Positions 18,935 to 30,998 of a stretch of DNA of 64,000 nt are shown here, in pieces (within the stretch, counting starts at the first letter, position 1; each line of letters opens with the position of its first letter). Source of the stretch: Gemmatimonadaceae bacterium (GTDB taxonomy: Bacteria; Gemmatimonadota; Gemmatimonadetes; Gemmatimonadales; Gemmatimonadaceae); contig JBJMOW010000005.1 of NCBI GenBank assembly GCA_045803545.1, positions 32,001 to 96,000 on the forward strand. The letters are read 5' to 3'. A program made the position numbers and the translations under genes. The notes under the pieces are model-generated. The model had not been told where the DNA came from and searched no databases. It worked only from the letters and a program-made list of their open reading frames with translations.

Positions 18935-20292
18935 CGCCGAATAGGTGGCTTGGGAGGCGTCGTCGGTTTTGCCTGTTGGCTCGTGGTGGCCGCGGGCTTT
19001 GCCACTGCCGCCGTCACTGGTTCGACCATCACGCCGCTCGCCTGGTCGATCACAGTAACGGTAGCAACTTTTCGTTCCTCGAACAGGATGTCGATGATTC
19101 TGCCGGTGACGTAGTTGATCGACGGCTTATTCGGCGGCCCGTTCGAGCTTTTCATCTGATAGAACGACTGGGCGTGTCCGTCAGCGACGATCTCTCGAAT
19201 TTTGGGTTTCGCCGCGGTATCTGCGGGCGCGAGAGAATCGAAGTGCGCGATGATGGTATCACCGCGCATCCAGTCGCGCTGGGCGGAGACTATTCCGGAA
19301 TCCGGAGTGCTTTCCGCATATGCGCCGCGAACCGCGCGCACTTCGCGTATGCGCTGTTGCGGCATCAATGCATCGATCGAGTCGGCGAGGATCTCACGAT
19401 CCGGCGACACTGCGCGAGCGCGTGTGGCGCCCCATGCGACGGCTCGTTGTAGCTGATTGCCCTGGACACGGAGGTCAATGGAATCTGCAACGAGCTCGAG
19501 ATCCTGACTGAGCGCGTGACCCTTTGGCGTGGCGACCACTCGCTCGACCTGCCGATTCCGCGAGTAAACATCGATGACCTCGCCGGTGAGCGTGAATTGG
19601 CGCTGCCCTTTCCCCTGCACCTGCGGCTCTCGCATCAGCCGCGCGAAATCGCGGCCGCTATCGAGAAAGGCCGAATCGCCATTGGCTTGCAAATCGGGCC
19701 GCGTGATTTGCACCCGACCAGATGCGTACACGAGACTATCCCCTTCCATTGTGATCTGGTTGGCGATGACGTGCGCAGTGTCAGGCGGCCGACCGCGGCC
19801 AGTCGTGTCTTTTTGGACGAGCGTTACCGTGGGGCGTCCGGGTGCAAAAAGACGTGTGAGGGGACGAGCCGGCGTGACCCGATAGTAGTCGGCGCTCGGG
19901 CCACGAAGTACGCTACCGTTTGCAGTCACCGCGACGACATTGCCTTCGGCGTGAAGGTGATTGTCGTTCTGGTAATAGGTCATTGTATTTGATGTGACTG
20001 ACGCGCGCGGCTCGGTGTAGTGGACGTTGCCGACGAGAAATAGTCTCCCCTCGGACTGGTAGTATTCCGCGCTGTCTGCCGTGAGGTTGTTGCCCTGCCC
20101 GATGCAGTAGGCACGAACCCCTCTGCCGAGATACACGATCGTGTTGCCTGGGCTGACTTCGATCTGGCGCGCCTGGGTGTTGGTGCCGGCTGGAAACTCG
20201 AGGTCGCAATTTCGTGGTACCTCCTGGCCGTACACGGCGCCAGCGGAGACCAGGAAGACCGCGAAAAGTAAACCTGCCGGCGCACGCAGCAT
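18931..20292 (-). CDS. OstA/LptA-like periplasmic beta-jellyroll protein (long form)
   Basis: Signal peptide, repeated L.ADS/GNV beta-strand motifs, located between lptC and lptB; ATG 20292. Confidence 0.75.
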   Translation of the reverse strand: MLRAPAGLLFAVFLVSAGAVYGQEVPRNCDLEFPAGTNTQARQIEVSPGNTIVYLGRGVRAYCIGQGNNLTADSAEYYQSEGRLFLVGNVHYTEPRASVTSNTMTYYQNDNHLHAEGNVVAVTANGSVLRGPSADYYRVTPARPLTRLFAPGRPTVTLVQKDTTGRGRPPDTAHVIANQITMEGDSLVYASGRVQITRPDLQANGDSAFLDSGRDFARLMREPQVQGKGQRQFTLTGEVIDVYSRNRQVERVVATPKGHALSQDLELVADSIDLRVQGNQLQRAVAWGATRARAVSPDREILADSIDALMPQQRIREVRAVRGAYAESTPDSGIVSAQRDWMRGDTIIAHFDSLAPADTAAKPKIREIVADGHAQSFYQMKSSNGPPNKPSINYVTGRIIDILFEERKVATVTVIDQASGVMVEPVTAAVAKPAATTSQQAKPTTPPKPPIRR

Positions 20293-20293
20293 G

Positions 20294-20908
20294 TTACCGG
20301 CGTGGGGGCGTGGACGAAGCAGAATTGGTCGCGGCCGGTGGGCCGGCAGGAGGCGAAGCCGCAGGTGGTGGCGCCGTCGAAACTCCGCGCACAAGACCGC
20401 TCGCACCCTTCAAAATGAGAATGTTCTTCATGTTGGGATCGGAGCGAAAGCCGATCCCCGACACCTGCCGATTGGGCTCCGTCAACCGAAATGCACTATC
20501 ACTCGAGATCTCATTCTTCTGCTGATTATAAATCAGCTCTTCGGTCGTGAGCCGACGGCCGTCCTCCGACACCACGACGACGTTCTTGCGAGCGATCATG
20601 TTGCTCGTGCGATTGTTGTAGGTGCCGTGCCGCGAGGTGAGGACAGCATCCTTCGCACCTGTCGTCGTAAAGAAAGTTACGACCGGGTTCTCGAATTCCA
20701 TCCGCGTGTTGTCGTCAAAGAAATACGCGGTGTCCGAGTGCATTTGAGCGCGATTGATTCCGAGGTCTGCCAGCACAAACCGCGAATTGTACATCACCTG
20801 GTCTGCCGAATCCGCGAGCGGGGAATGGGTGGCCACCGGGGGCTGCTTCTTGGATGTGCACGCAACCATGAACGACGCGACAATAGCAAGGACGAGCACC
20901 CGTCGCAT
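20294..20908 (-). CDS. lptC: LPS export protein LptC
   Basis: Lipoprotein-like signal (MVAC), NVVVVSEDGRRLTTEELIYN..ISSD motif; between kdsD and the lptA-like gene. Confidence 0.8.
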   Translation of the reverse strand: MRRVLVLAIVASFMVACTSKKQPPVATHSPLADSADQVMYNSRFVLADLGINRAQMHSDTAYFFDDNTRMEFENPVVTFFTTTGAKDAVLTSRHGTYNNRTSNMIARKNVVVVSEDGRRLTTEELIYNQQKNEISSDSAFRLTEPNRQVSGIGFRSDPNMKNILILKGASGLVRGVSTAPPPAASPPAGPPAATNSASSTPPRR

Positions 20909-21873
20909 CAGACAACACCGGCCCGCATCAGATCGTGGAGATGGACCACTCCAACGATCTTATCGTCGCCATTGAGCACCGGCATCGCAATGATGCCATG
21001 CGTCTCCATCCGGTAGACGACGGCGCTTCCGAGCTCGTCGGCGTGCGCGATTTTCGGGTTGCGATTCATGACACGCGCCACGGAAATCGGGAAAACGTTC
21101 TCTTCGTGCTCCATCAATCTCGACAAGTCACCAGTTGTGATCACACCGCACACCATGCCCTTGTCGTCGGCGACGATCGCAATACCGCGACGCTCCGCCA
21201 GTTGCACTACGGCCTGGCGCATCGTCGCTGTCTCTGCGAGGATCGGCAATTTGTCCGTCACCATCACGTCCGCAACACGTGTCAACAGTCTCTTGCCAAT
21301 CGAACCGCCCGGATGCAGCCGCGCGAAATCGTCGGCGTCGAAGCCCTTCTCTTCCAGCAGCGCGATCGCCAGTGCATCGCCGAGCGCCAGGGCAACAGTG
21401 GTGCTCGTTGTTGGCGCCAGATCGTGCGGACACGCTTCTTCCTTGACCCAGCCGTCGAGTGCAACGTCGCTGTGCCTCGCCAGCGCCGACTTCGCATTGC
21501 CGGTTAGCGCTATTGTGAATACCCCGAGCCGCTTCAAGTGATCGAGCAGGCCGAGCACTTCGGCAGATTCCCCACTCTTTGATATCAGAATGGCAACGTC
21601 GGATTCATCGACGATGCCGAGGTCGCCATGAACGCTGTCTGCCGGATGCAGAAAGGTTGAGGGCGTGCCGGTCGAGGTCAGAGTGGCGGCGATCTTCCGG
21701 CCAACAAGTCCCGATTTGCCGACGCCCGACACGATCACACGGCCATCCGAGCGCGCGATGCTCTCTACGGCTTTGGCGAACTGATCCCCAATGCGACGCT
21801 CAGCCTCTGCGAGCGCGTCGGTCTCCATCCTGAGGACACGTCGCCCGCGCTCGACGATGTCCTTGTGCGTCAT
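20908..21873 (-). CDS. kdsD: Arabinose-5-phosphate isomerase (KdsD/KpsF/GutQ)
   Basis: GVGKSG..GRKIAAT..STGTP, HGDLG, APTTST, HPGG, two CBS domains; ATG 21873. Confidence 0.93.
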   Translation of the reverse strand: MTHKDIVERGRRVLRMETDALAEAERRIGDQFAKAVESIARSDGRVIVSGVGKSGLVGRKIAATLTSTGTPSTFLHPADSVHGDLGIVDESDVAILISKSGESAEVLGLLDHLKRLGVFTIALTGNAKSALARHSDVALDGWVKEEACPHDLAPTTSTTVALALGDALAIALLEEKGFDADDFARLHPGGSIGKRLLTRVADVMVTDKLPILAETATMRQAVVQLAERRGIAIVADDKGMVCGVITTGDLSRLMEHEENVFPISVARVMNRNPKIAHADELGSAVVYRMETHGIIAMPVLNGDDKIVGVVHLHDLMRAGVV

Positions 21874-22688
21874 CGATTGATCCGTGTCCAAACGTCGACG
21901 GCGCGATTCATCAGCCCGTCGAGCTCTGACAGCGGCAACATGTTTGGACCGTCGCTGGGGGCGCAGTCGGGATCGGGATGCGTTTCCAGGAACAGTCCCT
22001 GGGCTCCGGCCGCGATTGCTGACAAAGCGAGAATCGGTACGTACTCGCGTGCTCCACCGCTGGCACCCTCCGGTCCTTGTCCCGGCCTTTGCACGCTGTG
22101 GGTGGCGTCGAAAATCACGGGCGCCTTGCATGCCTCGCGCAAACGAGTGAAGGACCTCATGTCGACGACGAGGTCCCCGTATCCGAAGAACGTTCCGCGC
22201 TCGGTCACAGCGATGTCGCGCGACCGACCGTTGGTGTTCGAGCCGCCTCGGATTTTCTGCACCGCCCCGCGCATCCCTTCCGGCTGCAACCATTGTCCCT
22301 TCTTCACATTTACCGGCTTTCCGGTGGCACCCGCGGCTTCGAGCAGATCTGTTTGCCTGCACAGGAAGGCGGGAATCTGGAGCACATCCACAACCTCGGC
22401 CGCGGGCGCGCATTGATCCGGCGTGTGTACGTCGGTCAATACGGGGAGTCCGGTCGCCTTGCGCACGCGCGCCAGTGCTTCGAGTCCGGCATCGAGCCCG
22501 GGCCCGCGAGCAGCGCCGCGGTTAGAGCGGTTTGCCTTATCGAAGCTTGCCTTGTAAATGATTCCACCGGGGAGCGTCTCAGCGAGCTGCGCCAGCTTCT
22601 CGCCAACGCGGAGATTGAGCTCGTCGCTTTCGAGGACGCAGGGGCCCGCGATGAGAAAAAGTTTATCCGCCGGAAAGTACTCCCTCAC
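21870..22688 (-). CDS. kdsA: KDO 8-phosphate synthase
   Basis: IAGPCVLES, KASFDKANRS, QIPAFLCRQTDL, DATHSVQ, SDGP; GTG start 22688. Confidence 0.96.
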   Translation of the reverse strand: MREYFPADKLFLIAGPCVLESDELNLRVGEKLAQLAETLPGGIIYKASFDKANRSNRGAARGPGLDAGLEALARVRKATGLPVLTDVHTPDQCAPAAEVVDVLQIPAFLCRQTDLLEAAGATGKPVNVKKGQWLQPEGMRGAVQKIRGGSNTNGRSRDIAVTERGTFFGYGDLVVDMRSFTRLREACKAPVIFDATHSVQRPGQGPEGASGGAREYVPILALSAIAAGAQGLFLETHPDPDCAPSDGPNMLPLSELDGLMNRAVDVWTRINR

Positions 22689-22690
22689 CG

Positions 22691-25115
<2,425 letters not shown>

Positions 25116-25161
25116 TTACCCACCGGTTTTCGCGCAACAGTCGGGAAAAGTCACGCTCAGT

Positions 25162-25190
25162 AATATACGAACCGGGACCGGTACGAGCAA
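25162..25190 (-). promoter_or_regulatory. Putative sigma70 promoter of the kdsB-pyrG-kdsA-lpt operon
   Basis: Minus strand TTGCTC-17 nt-TATATT, about 45 nt upstream of kdsB ATG. Confidence 0.55.
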
Positions 25191-25206
25191 ACTTTGTGTT
25201 GGGTTT

Positions 25207-26415
25207 TTAGAACGCGAGATCGGCGCCGAAAGTTAGAGCGCTTCTGCGCGACACGGGCGACCGATTGCGGGCAGGATCGATGAAGTAGTCGACTCTCAGA
25301 ATACTTGCCCCGACGCCAACTCCAAGATTCTGAATTAGAGACGGGAGCCCGCCCACTCCAGCGCTACCGGCCGTATAGCTCAGCGCGAGGAAGGGGCTTC
25401 CCACGTAGGGCAGCTGAATTCTGTCGAATGGGATGACGTAGTCCCCATTCACGTAGAGCAGGTGGTCACCGCCGAGGGCGAGCTGATCGACCGTTGCGAT
25501 GGTCCCTGACCCGCCGAGATATGCGAAGCGCTGGGCCGGCGCGTTCACCGCAGCCGGCGTCCACACACCGTGTCCCCTGAAGGTGAAGGTCTGGCTGCCG
25601 AAAGTCGGGAACTTGACGGTACCGTCGACGGTCGCCTGGGTGAAAGCATCGCGGGGGCTTGTGCAGAAAAGTCCACCGGGCGTTGCGAAGCAGTTGCCGT
25701 CGTACTGTGTGGCGATGGACCGCTCGACTTTGGCGTCAAGCTTCGAGTCTACACCGCCCGTGGCGAGCTCCACGCCTGTCCCAACGAGAAACGAGAAAAT
25801 GTGCCCGCGATCGATCGGCGGGTTTGGCCTACGCATCCGTAAGCGACCAGTCCGTCCGTAAAAGGACCACGGCGACTTTGTTGGCACGAGTGAACCCGTC
25901 GTCCAGTCGCGCTCGTAGTTGAGTCCGGCGTAAGGCGTAAGAACGGAGCCGCCGGTCATAATAGCGTGAGCCAGCCGAGCGGAAGCTTTGTCGCTGCGAT
26001 AGAAATTGCGCGCGTCGCTGCCCGCCAACAGAACCGCGACAGAGTTCGCCAGGTCACTGCGAATCCAATCTTCGTTGCTGAAGGTGCCGCGCCCGACGAA
26101 AAACTTCAGCTCGTTTGCATCGCCTGGGCGAAGGAGACCTTCGATTGATGGATCCCAGTTACCAAGATTTGAGCGGTAACGAACGAGGGCATCGACATCA
26201 ATTCGTCCATTCGATGTCTCGATCTTTGGCCCCCACGGCAGCGTGAGTCCATTCACGCGATCATATGTGGGAATACGCAGTCCGACGCCTAGCGGCAGTG
26301 AGATCGGCGACTCGGAGTACTCGACGTATGACGTATCGACGACCGTCGTGTCCTGCGCGCGGGCCGCCGTAGCGAGCGCGATAAACGCAAGACTGACAAA
26401 TGACGTTCGCCTCAT
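25207..26415 (-). CDS. Hypothetical exported protein, probable outer-membrane beta-barrel
   Basis: Signal peptide MRRTSF...ATAARA-Q, YDRVNGL motif, alternating beta strands, C-terminal ..TFGADLAF; ATG 26415. Confidence 0.65.
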   Translation of the reverse strand: MRRTSFVSLAFIALATAARAQDTTVVDTSYVEYSESPISLPLGVGLRIPTYDRVNGLTLPWGPKIETSNGRIDVDALVRYRSNLGNWDPSIEGLLRPGDANELKFFVGRGTFSNEDWIRSDLANSVAVLLAGSDARNFYRSDKASARLAHAIMTGGSVLTPYAGLNYERDWTTGSLVPTKSPWSFYGRTGRLRMRRPNPPIDRGHIFSFLVGTGVELATGGVDSKLDAKVERSIATQYDGNCFATPGGLFCTSPRDAFTQATVDGTVKFPTFGSQTFTFRGHGVWTPAAVNAPAQRFAYLGGSGTIATVDQLALGGDHLLYVNGDYVIPFDRIQLPYVGSPFLALSYTAGSAGVGGLPSLIQNLGVGVGASILRVDYFIDPARNRSPVSRRSALTFGADLAF

Positions 26416-26984
26416 GCGATCGAGAGAAAGTTGCGCAGGATTTCCTTCCCGCATTCCGTGAGAATGGATTCCGGGTGGAATTGCACGCCCCATACCGGAT
26501 GCTGGCGATGCTTCACAGCATGAATCTCGTTTGGATCGTCGCTTGAGCGCGCGATGATTTCCAGCTCCTTCGGCAGTGACGTACGATCGATCACCAGTGA
26601 GTGATATCGCATCACTGTCAGCGGATTGCGCACACCAGCGAATATTCCCTTCCCGTCGTGGGTGACCCGCGAAGTCTTCCCATGCATCAAGGTTTGCGCG
26701 CGGACAACCTTGCCGCCGTATGCCTCGCCGATTGCCTGGTGGCCCAGACAGACGCCAAGGATTGGAATCTCTTTGCCCCACTTCTGAATAGTTGGCACGC
26801 TGATGCCGGCCTCGGTTGGAGTGCACGGCCCGGGCGAGATCACGATCCGGCTCGCTCCCATTCCGCCGATGTCGTCGACCGCGATCTCATCGTTCCGCTT
26901 TACGACAGGGTCCTCTCCCAGCTCGCCGAGGTACTGGACGAGGTTGTAGGTGAACGAGTCGTAGTTATCGATGACGAGGACCAT
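26412..26984 (-). CDS. trpG: Anthranilate/aminodeoxychorismate synthase component II (TrpG/PabA)
   Basis: IDNYDSFTYNL, SPGPC, GVCLGHQ, MHGK, RYHSL, QFHPES. Confidence 0.93.
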   Translation of the reverse strand: MVLVIDNYDSFTYNLVQYLGELGEDPVVKRNDEIAVDDIGGMGASRIVISPGPCTPTEAGISVPTIQKWGKEIPILGVCLGHQAIGEAYGGKVVRAQTLMHGKTSRVTHDGKGIFAGVRNPLTVMRYHSLVIDRTSLPKELEIIARSSDDPNEIHAVKHRQHPVWGVQFHPESILTECGKEILRNFLSIA

Positions 26985-26995
26985 CGCTAATTCTA

Positions 26996-27037
26996 AGCGG
27001 GATGCGGGATGCAGGAAGCCGGAAGCGAGAGTGAGGA
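26996..27037. repeat. Six degenerate tandem heptamers between xerD and trpG
   Basis: AGCGGGA TGCGGGA TGCAGGA AGCCGGA AGCGAGA GTGAGGA. Confidence 0.6.
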
Positions 27038-27049
27038 CACGAGCACGAC

Positions 27050-27970
27050 CTATGGACGCGGGTGAAATTGCTTGTGCACGCTGCGGAGATACTCCCGATC
27101 CACATGCGTGTAGATCTGGGTCGTTGAAATATCGACATGACCGAGCATTTCCTGCACCGCCCTCAGGTCAGCACCTCCTTCCAGCAGGTGAGTTGCAAAG
27201 GAGTGACGGAGGGTGTGGGGCGTTACCGGTTTGGTGATTCCGACCTGGACGACGTATTTGCGCAGAATCTTCCACGCACCCATACGGGACATCGGCTGCC
27301 CGCGCGCATTGAGAAACAGGACGCCTTTGCCTTCACCTTTTTCCAGCTTTGGCCGCTGCTCGCGAAGATAGATCGCGATTGCGCCAATAGCTCGACGGCC
27401 AATCGGCACCAGTCGCTCCTTCGCTCCTTTGCCGAACACTCGCACCAAATGATCCTGCAGCATCACGTCGCGGACACCCAGGGAGATCCACTCGGATACG
27501 CGAAGACCGGCGCCGTATGCAAGCTCCAGCATGGCGCGATCCCGAAAGGCAAAATGCTCGTCGAGCGATGGGGCCGTCAGCAGCTTCTCGATCTCGTCGA
27601 CACCAAGGACATCGGGTAAAGTCCGCCACTTCTGCGGCGTTTCCAGGCGCTCACTCGGATCGCGCACGACGTGACCTTCGCCGACGAGGAATTTAAAGTA
27701 CGACCGAACGGCTGAGACGTTGCGTCGAATTGAAGCCGGTGAAAGGCCCAGATCCTTGAGATGGAATACGTACTCGCGCAGCGTACGCGCGCCGATGTCT
27801 GCGGCAGACTTCGCTCCCTTCACACTCACGTAAGTGACAAAGCGCGCGATATCGAGCTTGTACGCCTTGCTGGTCTCGACAGATGCGCCCTGCTCGAGCG
27901 CCAGGAAGTCATCGAAGCGCTCGACGTAGAACGCGCGCGAGACTGCGTCATCGACGGTAGCACTACGCAT
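27050..27970 (-). CDS. xerD: Site-specific tyrosine recombinase XerD
   Basis: RDRAMLELAY..GLRVSE, GKG.KERLVP, PHTLRHSFATHLLEGGADLRAVQEMLGH..TTQIYTH; ATG 27970. Confidence 0.93.
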   Translation of the reverse strand: MRSATVDDAVSRAFYVERFDDFLALEQGASVETSKAYKLDIARFVTYVSVKGAKSAADIGARTLREYVFHLKDLGLSPASIRRNVSAVRSYFKFLVGEGHVVRDPSERLETPQKWRTLPDVLGVDEIEKLLTAPSLDEHFAFRDRAMLELAYGAGLRVSEWISLGVRDVMLQDHLVRVFGKGAKERLVPIGRRAIGAIAIYLREQRPKLEKGEGKGVLFLNARGQPMSRMGAWKILRKYVVQVGITKPVTPHTLRHSFATHLLEGGADLRAVQEMLGHVDISTTQIYTHVDREYLRSVHKQFHPRP

Positions 27971-28577
27971 TATTCGCCTTGCGTCGTCTCCACAGCCAGA
28001 AGCCAACCGCGACCAGGACAATCGCGATGGCGACCGCGCCGGCTACCTTCCCCGAGCGAACCATGTACTTCTGCAGCAGGTCCCAGTTGTCGCCGGCTCG
28101 GAACGCCAGAAACGTAATCAGGGCGAACCACACCGCAGACGCAGCGCCGACGGAGAACATCACTCGAAAGGCGGGTAGCCGCATTGCCCCGGCGAACGGC
28201 GGCACTATCGCGCGCACTCCTGGCAGGAATCGACTCACGAACAGCCCTACCACACCGTATTTCTTGTGCAACTTCCTGATTCGATCTTCGGCGTCCGGCC
28301 CGGCAAAGCGCTCAATGCGTCGCAGGAACACCTTGGCGCCGAATTTCCGCCCCAGGGTGTACGTCACGCCGGCTCCGGCCACGTTGCCCGCCCAGCCGAG
28401 CAGGAAGACCGTGAACGGCGACCCGTGTGCGCGATCCGCGAGCAGACTTCCGATCGCGATCACCGCATCAGACGGAAACGGCGGAAAGAAATTCTCGAAC
28501 GCCGACAGCGCGGCAATCGCGAAGTACAATGAGCCAAGCGGCAGGTCGCCCAGCCAGGCCGTAATCGAATGGAGCAT
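27963..28577 (-). CDS. DedA family membrane protein
   Basis: ENFFPPFPSD, SRFLPGVR, AG motifs. Confidence 0.9.
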   Translation of the reverse strand: MLHSITAWLGDLPLGSLYFAIAALSAFENFFPPFPSDAVIAIGSLLADRAHGSPFTVFLLGWAGNVAGAGVTYTLGRKFGAKVFLRRIERFAGPDAEDRIRKLHKKYGVVGLFVSRFLPGVRAIVPPFAGAMRLPAFRVMFSVGAASAVWFALITFLAFRAGDNWDLLQKYMVRSGKVAGAVAIAIVLVAVGFWLWRRRKANNA

Positions 28578-28580
28578 TCG

Positions 28581-29081
28581 TCAGGAAGTCTTTGTCAGAG
28601 TTGCGACGGCGATGCAGGCGATGCCCTCTTTCCGCCCGATCCATCCCATGCCTTCGTTCGACTTCCCTTTGACGCTTACGCTTGCCGAATCGATACCGAG
28701 CGCGCTCGCAAGTCGCTCGCGGATTTTCGTCCGGTGCGGTCCGATTTTGGGTGTCTCGGCGACAACCGCGACATCAACCTGATTTACCTCGAGACCCGCG
28801 GCCGACACTCGCTTCACTGCTGCCGCGAGCATTTCGATCGAATCACGGTCGCGATTGCTTTCGTCGGTGTCGGGGAACATCTCACCGATATCGCCGAGTC
28901 CGGCCGCACCCAGAATGGCGTCGGTGATGGCGTGACAGATGGCGTCGGCGTCGGAGTGTCCAGCCAAACCGGTCTCCGACGGAATGACCACGCCGCCGAG
29001 TTTTAGTGGTCGACCCTGAGCGAAACGGTGGGAGTCGTAACCTACGCCAACGCGGACACTGGCCGCAGTCTCACGCGGCAT
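28581..29081 (-). CDS. ispF: 2-C-methyl-D-erythritol 2,4-cyclodiphosphate synthase
   Basis: RVGVGYDSH, GHSDAD, GDIG..FPD, EG.G..GR.EGIA. Confidence 0.96.
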   Translation of the reverse strand: MPRETAASVRVGVGYDSHRFAQGRPLKLGGVVIPSETGLAGHSDADAICHAITDAILGAAGLGDIGEMFPDTDESNRDRDSIEMLAAAVKRVSAAGLEVNQVDVAVVAETPKIGPHRTKIRERLASALGIDSASVSVKGKSNEGMGWIGRKEGIACIAVATLTKTS

Positions 29082-30171
29082 CCGCTTGGACGGCGGCGGC
29101 TGCTACGGGAGCGGTCGAGGTCATTCCCACCGGAGCTGTGACACCGGCTGGCTCGAGCAGAGAGTAGTCCTGCTTGCGACGCGCCGGAGTGAAACCGGCG
29201 TCGCGAATCAGTCGCTCCATCTCGGCGATCGAAGTGCGATGCGTGGTGTTCGCTGCGGAAACGACGTTCTCCTCAAGCATCAAGGAGCCAAAGTCATTGC
29301 AGCCAAAGCGAAGCGCCACTTGTCCTATCTTCATTCCCATCGTCACCCAGCTCGACTGAAGATTCGGTACGTTGTCGAGCACGACACGGGCAAAGGCAAC
29401 CGTGCGGAGATATTCGACCGCGCCAGTTTTCGGCTGATGGGACATCGTAGGAGTGTTCTCAGGCTGCAGCGGCCAGCAGATGAAAGCAGTGAACCCGCCG
29501 GTTCTTGCCTGCACTTCCTTCACTCGCTGCAGATGCTCGAGACGCTCAGCCAAAGTCTCGCCGAGACCGTACATCATGGTGACCGACGTCTTCATGCCTT
29601 CACCGTGCGCCAGCTCCATGATCTCCAGCCACCGATCGGCGCCAGCCTTCTTTGGCGCGACGATGTCGCGGACTCGCTGCACGAGGATTTCACCACCACC
29701 ACCGGGAATCGAATTCAGGCCCGCCTTCTTCAGCTCGCGAATCACATCGATCGCTTCCATCCGGAAAACTTTGGAAAAGAAGTCGATCTCGCTTGGACTG
29801 AAGCCGTGGATGTGGATCGGATGATTGCGCTTGATGTAGCGCATCAGATCCAGGTACCAGTCGAACGGGATGTAGGGGTTGTGTCCGCCCTGGATCAGGA
29901 TCTGGACGCCGCCAAGTGCCTTGACTTCGTCGATCTTGGCGCCGATCTGCTCGAACGAAAGCGTGTACCCTTCGCCGTGCTTGGGTCGACGAGCGAACGC
30001 GCAGAAACCGCAGTCAGCGACACACACGTTCGTGTAATTGATATTGCGGTCGATGATGTAGGTGACAGTGCTGCCGGGATGTTTCTGCTGGCGCACGCGA
30101 TCGGCCGCCATTCCCAGCTCGAGGAGTGGAGCGTTCGTATAGAAATCGAGCAGATCGCTTGATTCGCTCAT
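29071..30171 (-). CDS. mqnC: Cyclic dehypoxanthinyl futalosine synthase (radical SAM)
   Basis: IDRNINYTNVCVADCGFCAF, QGGHNP, GGGEIL, QSSWVT, MLEENVV; ATG 30171. Confidence 0.9.
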   Translation of the reverse strand: MSESSDLLDFYTNAPLLELGMAADRVRQQKHPGSTVTYIIDRNINYTNVCVADCGFCAFARRPKHGEGYTLSFEQIGAKIDEVKALGGVQILIQGGHNPYIPFDWYLDLMRYIKRNHPIHIHGFSPSEIDFFSKVFRMEAIDVIRELKKAGLNSIPGGGGEILVQRVRDIVAPKKAGADRWLEIMELAHGEGMKTSVTMMYGLGETLAERLEHLQRVKEVQARTGGFTAFICWPLQPENTPTMSHQPKTGAVEYLRTVAFARVVLDNVPNLQSSWVTMGMKIGQVALRFGCNDFGSLMLEENVVSAANTTHRTSIAEMERLIRDAGFTPARRKQDYSLLEPAGVTAPVGMTSTAPVAAAAVQADAA

Positions 30172-30998
30172 GCGGCTGGCAAAAAGGTCAGGGTTCCGTT
30201 CGGAATTCTTCCACGCTCGACAAGCCGACGATAGAACTCGGTTAATCCAGCAAGATGCGGATAGGATAAACCGTAATCGAGGCCCGACAGATATTCTTGG
30301 CAAGTTTCCCGGCTCACGCCAGTTGCGCCGTGAGCTTGCTCGGCCAATTCCGGCAGATGAGCAAGCCCCCAATCGCGCGATGCGATCAAGCCGGCGTGTG
30401 CATTCAGAGCCTGTCGCACACTGGTCGATCGTTGGGCTACCCAGACCGCAAATACGAACGGCTGCCCAGTCCAATCCTTCCACATCGCGCCGAGGTCGTA
30501 GACGTAGGGATAGCGGTCCCGCTGGGTGTTGCCGAGGACCAGCGCTGCGTCTCCGATCACGAGCCGAGCATCAGTCGCCTCGTCATCCGACTCGATGATA
30601 TCGCGAACCTCGGCATCTCCAGGCACGAAACGCGGCGACGCATGCCACACGTTCTCGAACAGGAGCTGCAGCAGCGCAACGCTAGTCATCGAGCTGCGGC
30701 TGATCAGAACCTTCCGTGAGCCGAGCTCACCAGCAGGCCGACGCGAGAACAGCATCACCGAGCGAACAGGCCCGTCGCACGAAATCGCCAGATCTGGCAG
30801 CAGCAGATAGTGCGCGGAGTCGCGTGCATATTCGACGGCAGAAACGACACTGATATCGAGCGCGCGTGTCGCCATCCGATGATTCAGATCGGTCGGCACT
30901 CCATCGACCAGCTCAGCGTCGAGATTCACCACGCCACGATCGATGGCCCCGTAGACCGGATAGCAATTGATGTACGGAATACGGCCGATTTTCATCAA
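30168..30998 (-). CDS. mqnA: Chorismate dehydratase (futalosine pathway)
   Basis: GRIPYINC.P, GPVRSV, SSMTS, LVIGDAAL, DLG..WK..TG.PFVFAVW. Confidence 0.9.
   Translation of the reverse strand: MMKIGRIPYINCYPVYGAIDRGVVNLDAELVDGVPTDLNHRMATRALDISVVSAVEYARDSAHYLLLPDLAISCDGPVRSVMLFSRRPAGELGSRKVLISRSSMTSVALLQLLFENVWHASPRFVPGDAEVRDIIESDDEATDARLVIGDAALVLGNTQRDRYPYVYDLGAMWKDWTGQPFVFAVWVAQRSTSVRQALNAHAGLIASRDWGLAHLPELAEQAHGATGVSRETCQEYLSGLDYGLSYPHLAGLTEFYRRLVERGRIPNGTLTFLPAA

Noticed and set aside
20908..22413. Apparent N-terminal extensions in the ORF track (kdsD, kdsA, mqnC, sdhA, GT2 at 4668, barrel at 26826, acyP at 7493)
   Set aside because: Extensions overlap upstream genes in another frame, and coupled internal starts give normal lengths. 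Only the lptB extension occupies otherwise empty sequence
27050..27970. Tyrosine recombinase as a phage or island integrase
   Set aside because: Motifs match housekeeping XerD and it overlaps core genes; no att sites or mobile cargo
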